From NCBI GenBank assembly GCA_034667725.1, contig JAXDQS010000004.1:43878-107877 (forward strand): 64,000 bases of DNA, given 5' to 3'. The stretch comes from Thermoplasmata archaeon (GTDB lineage: Archaea > Thermoplasmatota > E2 > JACPAO01 > JAHFTW01). Shown here piece after piece: positions 58,385 through 64,000 of the stretch (position 1 is its first letter; each line of letters starts with the position of its first letter). A program made the translations under genes and the position numbers. The notes beneath the pieces are model-generated. The model was given only the letters and a program-made list of their open reading frames with translations, had not been told where the DNA came from and made no database searches.

Positions 58385-59467
58385 CTACTGCGTCCCTTGG
58401 ATGTCCTTGACGTTCTTCAGGACGGTCTGGACCGCCAATTCCTGCAGCCGCTTCATCGCCGGGTCGACGCGGTAGTGCAGCACGTCGCGGCCGGTCACCA
58501 GGCCGTGGATGCGCTTCTTGTTGAACGCCATTGCCTGCTCGGGGACGATCTCGGACAGCAGGCCGGCCGCGTCGATCAAGCCCAGCAAGGTAATGGTGCG
58601 GCCGTCCGGGTTGCCGCCGCCCGCCAGCGTGCGGACCAGGCGGTTCTCCAGCTTCGCCTTGATCTCCTCGTCGACCAGGATCAGTTCGCTGCGCGGGAAC
58701 AGGCCGAGGTGGCGCCAGGCCCGCTCGCGCACGATGCCGCGCTGCTCCAGGTTCTTGACCCAGGGCTTGATGCGCTTGGAGAGGCCGCGGGCGAGGTGGC
58801 CCATGGCGCTCTGGGTGCTCAACTGCTGGACGCGCCGGACCTCCTCCGCGAACGCGTCGAGGTGGCGGTTGTTGGTCGGCTCGTTGGCGACCACGAAGCG
58901 GTCGCGCTGGACCCGCAGGCGGCCGCGCAGCGCCAGCTCCAGCAGCAGGGCGCCGACGATGGCGCCGCCTTGGCTGCCGGCGCGCGGCTTGTACATGCGG
59001 TCGTCCCAGCCCTCGCGCCAGGCGACCAGGAGGAACTGCTCGGGGAGGCTGAAGCCGCCGGCCTCGCCGGGGCTCGGCATCTCGACGCCGAGCGGGGTCG
59101 CCGCGCGGGGGGCGTCGTCCGCTTCGGCGGCCTCGGCCTCGTCGGCCTTGACGGAGTCAGGGGCAGGGATGGGAAGGACGTCGTCAAGGTCGTCCTCGTC
59201 GGCCATCTTGACCAGGAACTCGTCCTCCTCGGCGGGCAGGACGTGGTCGGGCTGCTCGGGCGCGGGCTCGTCCGGCGCCGGCGGCTGGGGGACCACGACG
59301 GCCTCGGCCTGCGGGACCGGGGCGGGCATCCCCGCCTCGACGTCGAGGTCGAAGTCCTTGCGCTTGGCGGGCTTGCGGCGCGGCGGGGCGGCCTTGGGCT
59401 TGGCCTTCGCCTTGGGGGCCTTCTTCGCGGTCTTGGGGGCCTTGCCGGCTGCCTTCTTCGTCGCCAT
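58385..59467 (-). CDS. GPP34/GOLPH3-Vps74 family protein with Lys/Ala-rich and acidic N-terminal extension
   Basis: SLPEQFLLVA...GALLLELALRGRL...LEQRGIV...LGLFP...RT..LLGL..AAGL. Confidence 0.75.
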   Translation of the reverse strand: MATKKAAGKAPKTAKKAPKAKAKPKAAPPRRKPAKRKDFDLDVEAGMPAPVPQAEAVVVPQPPAPDEPAPEQPDHVLPAEEDEFLVKMADEDDLDDVLPIPAPDSVKADEAEAAEADDAPRAATPLGVEMPSPGEAGGFSLPEQFLLVAWREGWDDRMYKPRAGSQGGAIVGALLLELALRGRLRVQRDRFVVANEPTNNRHLDAFAEEVRRVQQLSTQSAMGHLARGLSKRIKPWVKNLEQRGIVRERAWRHLGLFPRSELILVDEEIKAKLENRLVRTLAGGGNPDGRTITLLGLIDAAGLLSEIVPEQAMAFNKKRIHGLVTGRDVLHYRVDPAMKRLQELAVQTVLKNVKDIQGTQ

Positions 59468-59470
59468 GCC

Positions 59471-60187
59471 TCACCTGCGCATCGGCACGAGTTCCATGAC
59501 ACGGATGAGGTCTTCGACCCGATCCAGCGCGTGGTCCGCCTCGGACGGGACGGGGGCGCCTGGCTTGCCGTAGCGGGCCCAGGCGGTGCGCATCCCGGCG
59601 GCCTTCGCGCCGGACAGGTCGCGCTCGGGCCAGTCGCCGACCATCAGGATCTCGTGCGGCGGCAGGCCGAACAGGTCGATGGCGCTGCGGAACGGCTTCG
59701 GGTCGGGCTTGAGCACGCCGGAGTCGGTGAAGGTCAGGATGAACTCGAAGAAGTCCACCAGGCCGGCGGCGTCGAGGCGCTGGTAGCCCTTGAAGCGCGG
59801 CGCGTCGGTGAGGACCCCCATGCGGATGCCGTTGCGGGCCAAGGTCACGAGGGTGCGGCGGACGCCCGGGTAGGGCTCGGTGTGCAGCAGCTTGGCGCGG
59901 ATGTAGGCGTTGACGGCGGCGGCGGTGATGCGGTCCACGGCGTGCTGGCTGAGGGCGAGCTTCTGGCGGTGGTGCTTCCGCAGGAACGTCTCGAACACCT
60001 TGTCGCCCTCCAGGTCCACCATGTAGTCGGCGAACAGCAGGTCGCCCGCCTCGGTGGCGGCGAAGCCGAAGTCGGCGCCGGCGGCGAGCATGGCGTGGGC
60101 GGCGGCGTCGCTGGCGGTGCGCTTCATCCGCAGGAAGTCGACGAGGGTGTTGTCCAGGTCGAACAGGACGGCCTTGGGCGACGCCAC
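59471..60187 (-). CDS. HAD-superfamily hydrolase (subfamily IA)
   Basis: FDLDNTL, LTD, KPDP, VGD...DL.GA..AGM. Confidence 0.9.
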   Translation of the reverse strand: MASPKAVLFDLDNTLVDFLRMKRTASDAAAHAMLAAGADFGFAATEAGDLLFADYMVDLEGDKVFETFLRKHHRQKLALSQHAVDRITAAAVNAYIRAKLLHTEPYPGVRRTLVTLARNGIRMGVLTDAPRFKGYQRLDAAGLVDFFEFILTFTDSGVLKPDPKPFRSAIDLFGLPPHEILMVGDWPERDLSGAKAAGMRTAWARYGKPGAPVPSEADHALDRVEDLIRVMELVPMRR

Positions 60188-60224
60188 GGGCCGGCCATCG
60201 GCGGCACCCACTTCAAGCCGTCCG

Positions 60225-60581
60225 TCAGTAGGAGGCGCGCGGCCGGCTCGTGCCCATCTGCCACACCAGCGCGGCCACCATCATGAGGAAGCCGTGCAGC
60301 ACCAGCAGCGAGACGCCGAAGACCAGCACCACCACCATGGCGCCGAGCGCGCCGCCCCATGCCAGCATCTGGCGCCCGAACGCGATGCCGACGGCTCCCG
60401 CGAGCAGGAAGCCGAGCGCGAGCACGGTCTGCCAAGTGAGCTGGCTGGCGCACGAGCGGGCGTCGCCTGCGGCGTCGCTGGCCGTGTCCGCGCTCCAGTC
60501 GCAATCCACCGCGGTGAGGTAGAGGGCATGGCCGAAGGCGCCGACGGCAAGGATGGTCGCAAGGGCCGCAAGAAGCCTCAT
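60225..60581 (-). CDS. Hypothetical membrane protein
   Basis: MRLLAALATIL...; 3-4 hydrophobic helices. Confidence 0.55.
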   Translation of the reverse strand: MRLLAALATILAVGAFGHALYLTAVDCDWSADTASDAAGDARSCASQLTWQTVLALGFLLAGAVGIAFGRQMLAWGGALGAMVVVLVFGVSLLVLHGFLMMVAALVWQMGTSRPRASY

Positions 60582-60687
60582 GGTCGCGACTGTCTCGGGC
60601 TGCCGCCATAGGCTTTTGCCTCGGCGCCTCCGGAACGGGCCGCCCCTACCGCCCGCCAAAAAAGGCCTGGCCGAAACAGGAAGGGGG

Positions 60688-61056
60688 GTGCCGCCCTCTA
60701 GCAGGCGCGGCCGGCGCGTGCTGGTCGTGGACGACAACCCCGATACCCGGGCCTCCCTCAAGGAAGTCCTCCAGATGGAGGGGCACGAGGTCGTGGCCGC
60801 CGCCGACGGCGCCTCGGCCGTCGCGGCGGCCGTGAAGGCGCGGCCCGACGTGGTGCTGTGCGACATCGGGCTGCCGGACTTCGACGGCTACGAGGTCGCG
60901 CGCCGGCTGCGCCGGGTGCTGCGCGAGGCGACGCTGATCGCGCTCTCCGGCTACGACCAGGAGGCCGACCGCGCCCGCTCCAAGGCCGCCGGCTTCCAGC
61001 ACCACCTGGCCAAGCCGCCGGAGCTCGCCGAGCTGCTGCGCCTGGTCGCCTCCTAG
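60688..61056 (+). CDS. Single-domain response regulator (REC)
   Basis: VLVVDD, CDIGLPDFDG, LSG, KP. Confidence 0.88.
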   Translation: MPPSSRRGRRVLVVDDNPDTRASLKEVLQMEGHEVVAAADGASAVAAAVKARPDVVLCDIGLPDFDGYEVARRLRRVLREATLIALSGYDQEADRARSKAAGFQHHLAKPPELAELLRLVAS

Positions 61057-61127
61057 CGCCCTAGGGTCAACGACCGCCACCACCACGCTTTTCTATTTCC
61101 ATCCGTCCGGTTGCACCGTTCCCAGAA

Positions 61128-63866
61128 ATGACGGCCAATGAGCAAACATCTCCGGAGCCCTCGCCGGAGCGCACCCTGTTCAAGCGCAAGAAGCTCGACC
61201 CCTTGCGCGGGCACCCCATCGCAGACCCCTTCGACGTCCAAGGCCACCTGGGCAAGGCCCAGTTCGCGGACCTCCCGATGCACGCGCTCAACCTGCGCGC
61301 GCACCGCCTGCGCGCCATGCGGCACGAGGGCATCACCACCATCAGCCAGCTCCGGCGCAAGATCAAGATCCTGCCGCACCAGGTCAAGGCCGCCATCAAG
61401 GTCCTGAACCAGCTGCAGGGCCGCGCCATCCTGGCCGACGAGGTGGGCCTCGGCAAGACCATCGAGGCGGGCATCGTGATGAAGGAACTGATCTCGCGCG
61501 GCAAGGCCCGCTCGGTGCTGATCCTGACCCCCGCGTCCTTGGCGGGCCAGTGGCAGGGCGAGCTGTGGGACAAGTTCGGCGAGCGCTTCGTCAAGCACGA
61601 CGACATGGACTTCCAGGGCTTCGGCAAGCACGACAAGATCGTCGCGTCGATCGACACCGCCAAGTCGGCGGCCCACTACCCCGACATCATCGCCCGCGAG
61701 TGGGACCTGGTCATCGTGGACGAGGCGCACTACCTCAAGAACAAGAAGACCCAGCGCTACTCGCTCGCGGACGACATCACGGCGCGCCACGCCCTGATGC
61801 TGACGGCGACCCCCATCCAGAACAACCTCATCGAGCTCTACAACCTGATCAACCTGATCAAGCCGGGCCTGCTGGGCACGATGCAGAACTTCGAGGAGGA
61901 GTACATCGGCGACGCCCAAGGCCGCGTCCTGCTGCACGCCCAGCGGCTCCAGACCCTGCTCCAGCAGGTGCTCATCCGCAACCGCCGCCACGAGACCGGC
62001 CTCAAGTTCCCCGAGCGCAAGGTCGAGACCCACCGCATCAAGGCCTCGAAGGGCGAGTACGACCTGCACAAGGCGGTGTCCGACTTCATCCGCACCTACA
62101 AGATGTTCTTCGAGTCGCACCTGGCGCTGATGGTGCTGGAGCGCGAGGTCGCCTCGTCCGCGCCCGCCTTGTCGAAGACGCTGGAGAACATGGCCGCCAA
62201 GGTCCACGACCCCGAGGTCGCCGCCGCCATGGCCAACCTCAAGTCGCAGGCGGACGCCATCAAGCGCAACTCGAAGGTCAACCTGATCCTGGACATCGCG
62301 AAGAACACCAAGGAGAAGATGATCGTCTTCACCCAGTTCCGCGAGACCCAGGAGCTGCTGTCGCGGCGCCTCCAGCAGGAGGGCGTCTCGAACGTCAAGT
62401 TCCACGGCCAGCTCACCCCCGGCCGCCGCCGCAAGGCGCTGGAGGAGTTCCGCGAGGACATCCAGGTGCTGGTGGCCACCGACTCCGGCTCCGAGGGCCT
62501 GAACCTCCAGTTCGCGCACATCCTCGTCAACTACGACCTGCCCTGGAACCCGATGCGCGTCGAGCAGCGCATCGGCCGCATCCACCGCATCGGCCAGGAG
62601 CACAACAACGTCGTCATCCTCAACCTCGCCGTCGCCGACACCATCGAGGACTACGTGCTCCAGGTGCTGTACGAGAAGATCAAGCTGTTCGAGGTCGCGA
62701 TCGGCGAGATGGACCTCATCCTGTCCGACATCGACGAGACCGGCGGCCTGGAGAAGCGCATCCTCGACATCATCCTCGAGACCAAGACCGACCGTGAGGT
62801 CAAGGAGTCGCTCGACCGCGTCGGGCGCGAGGTGCGCCGCTCGAAGGACACCGCCGAGGGCATCAAGCAGCTGGACGCCTCGGTGTTCCAGCAGTTCGAC
62901 CTCTCGACCGCCAAGGACGACGTCAAGATCGAGGACTCGATGGACCTGGAGGCCGAGGTGCAGCGCTTCGTGTCCGCCTTCATCGACGCCACCGCGGCCG
63001 AGGCCGAGGAGTCCAAGGACCACGTCACCACGGTCAAGCTGCCGCGCACGTTCTGGAAGAAGCTCGGCGGCGTCCACAGCTACACCACCGACCCCGAGAC
63101 CTTCGAGGAGAAGGACGGCGAAGTGGAGCTCCTGAGCCTCGGCTCGAAGTTCGTGCAGGGCGTCATGGGGCTGTTGCAGGAGGAGTGCGCCGTCGGCGTG
63201 GTGCGCACCGCCGAGGTGGACGAACCCGTCACCTCGCTCTACTACCGCTACTTCATCGAGACCATCCGCAGCGAGCTGGAGGCCTTCATCACGGTCAAGG
63301 TCCAGGACGACGGCACCATCGTCGAGGTCGTCGAGGACCTCCAGGAGCCCCCCGAAGGCGAGCCCGTCGCCAGCCCCGCCCACGCCGGCCAGAAGTGGGA
63401 CGAGATCGCCGACAAGGCCCGCTTCGAGGTCGGCAACCTGCTGGTGCCCATCCTCCAGGCCAAGCGCGAGGAGGCGCAGGAGGAGGTCCGCCGCACCGAG
63501 AAGCGCCTCGAGGAGTACTACGAGCGCCTCAAGGAGGAGATCCGCCAGGAGGAGGCCAAGATCCGCCACAAGATGGGGCAAATCCGCAACCGCCTCTGGT
63601 TCACCGAGAACGGCATCCGCGAGCGCAAGCTGGAGGAGCAGTTCCAGGCCTTGGAGGCGCAGCTCCACGATGCCACCTTCAAGAACAACCGCCGGGTCGA
63701 GGAGCTCGACAAGGACCTCAAGGACCGCCTGGCCCGCGAGGCCGAGAAGAACGAGCCCCGCCTTGTGGTGGAGCTCATCGGCGCCACCCGCCTGGTCCCC
63801 GCCGACGTGCGGGCCGCCGCCGCTGCCGCCGTCAAGGTGAAGGAAGCCGTCGGCGTCGCGGCCTAG
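61128..63866 (+). CDS. SNF2-family helicase/ATPase (YqhH/RapA-like) with long C-terminal extension
   Basis: PHQ, ADEVGLGKT, DEAH, LTATPIQN, SEGLNLQ, YDLPWNP..VEQRIGRIHRIGQ. Confidence 0.92.
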   Translation: MTANEQTSPEPSPERTLFKRKKLDPLRGHPIADPFDVQGHLGKAQFADLPMHALNLRAHRLRAMRHEGITTISQLRRKIKILPHQVKAAIKVLNQLQGRAILADEVGLGKTIEAGIVMKELISRGKARSVLILTPASLAGQWQGELWDKFGERFVKHDDMDFQGFGKHDKIVASIDTAKSAAHYPDIIAREWDLVIVDEAHYLKNKKTQRYSLADDITARHALMLTATPIQNNLIELYNLINLIKPGLLGTMQNFEEEYIGDAQGRVLLHAQRLQTLLQQVLIRNRRHETGLKFPERKVETHRIKASKGEYDLHKAVSDFIRTYKMFFESHLALMVLEREVASSAPALSKTLENMAAKVHDPEVAAAMANLKSQADAIKRNSKVNLILDIAKNTKEKMIVFTQFRETQELLSRRLQQEGVSNVKFHGQLTPGRRRKALEEFREDIQVLVATDSGSEGLNLQFAHILVNYDLPWNPMRVEQRIGRIHRIGQEHNNVVILNLAVADTIEDYVLQVLYEKIKLFEVAIGEMDLILSDIDETGGLEKRILDIILETKTDREVKESLDRVGREVRRSKDTAEGIKQLDASVFQQFDLSTAKDDVKIEDSMDLEAEVQRFVSAFIDATAAEAEESKDHVTTVKLPRTFWKKLGGVHSYTTDPETFEEKDGEVELLSLGSKFVQGVMGLLQEECAVGVVRTAEVDEPVTSLYYRYFIETIRSELEAFITVKVQDDGTIVEVVEDLQEPPEGEPVASPAHAGQKWDEIADKARFEVGNLLVPILQAKREEAQEEVRRTEKRLEEYYERLKEEIRQEEAKIRHKMGQIRNRLWFTENGIRERKLEEQFQALEAQLHDATFKNNRRVEELDKDLKDRLAREAEKNEPRLVVELIGATRLVPADVRAAAAAAVKVKEAVGVAA

Positions 63867-64000
63867 CGTCTTACGCAGAAGTCGTCTGGCGTTTGGCTGC
63901 CTGGAGCCGAACGCCGGCGGCGCGGCCGGCCCTTGCCGTGCCTCCAGCACGCCTGCGGGCCGGCCACTTGCCGGCGCCACGCTCCAGATTGCCAAACGGA

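Noticed and set aside
61053-63995. 980-aa minus-strand ORF
   Set aside because: Antisense shadow of the SNF2 gene

Overview
A 64 kb, very GC-rich (visually about 70%) chromosomal segment of an archaeon. Evidence: ribosomal protein S6e, ZPR1, an RPA plus RPA-associated gene pair, an AbrB-PhoU regulator, zinc-finger KptA, TATA-box promoters and a GGTGA Shine-Dalgarno. The gene set and style suggest a Thermoplasmatota lineage (inference, not a database result). Most of the window is housekeeping or envelope genes: TerC pair, split transketolase, metal ABC transporter with NikR, msrB, peroxiredoxins, a bacterial-style sufBCDSU-sufT operon, a SNF2 helicase, two tRNAs and many secreted proteins. 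The standout is a 2975-aa type I polyketide/fatty-acid megasynthase (KS-AT-KS-ACPx3-KR-DH-PPTase) heading a tightly coupled operon with bioY, biotin carboxylase and BCCP, with a carboxyltransferase and a SnoaL/NTF2 gene alongside. Both KS domains keep Cys-His-His triads. All three ACPs carry Thr (GIDTVK) where the phosphopantetheine Ser is expected, and the PPTase is fused in cis. A family of palindromic 9-bp-unit repeats (CACGGATTN) occurs between genes and in frame inside the megasynthase linkers. Two small proteins not called as such by the ORF track and a tRNA 3'-end duplication were also found. All calls come from reading motifs by eye; no searches were run.
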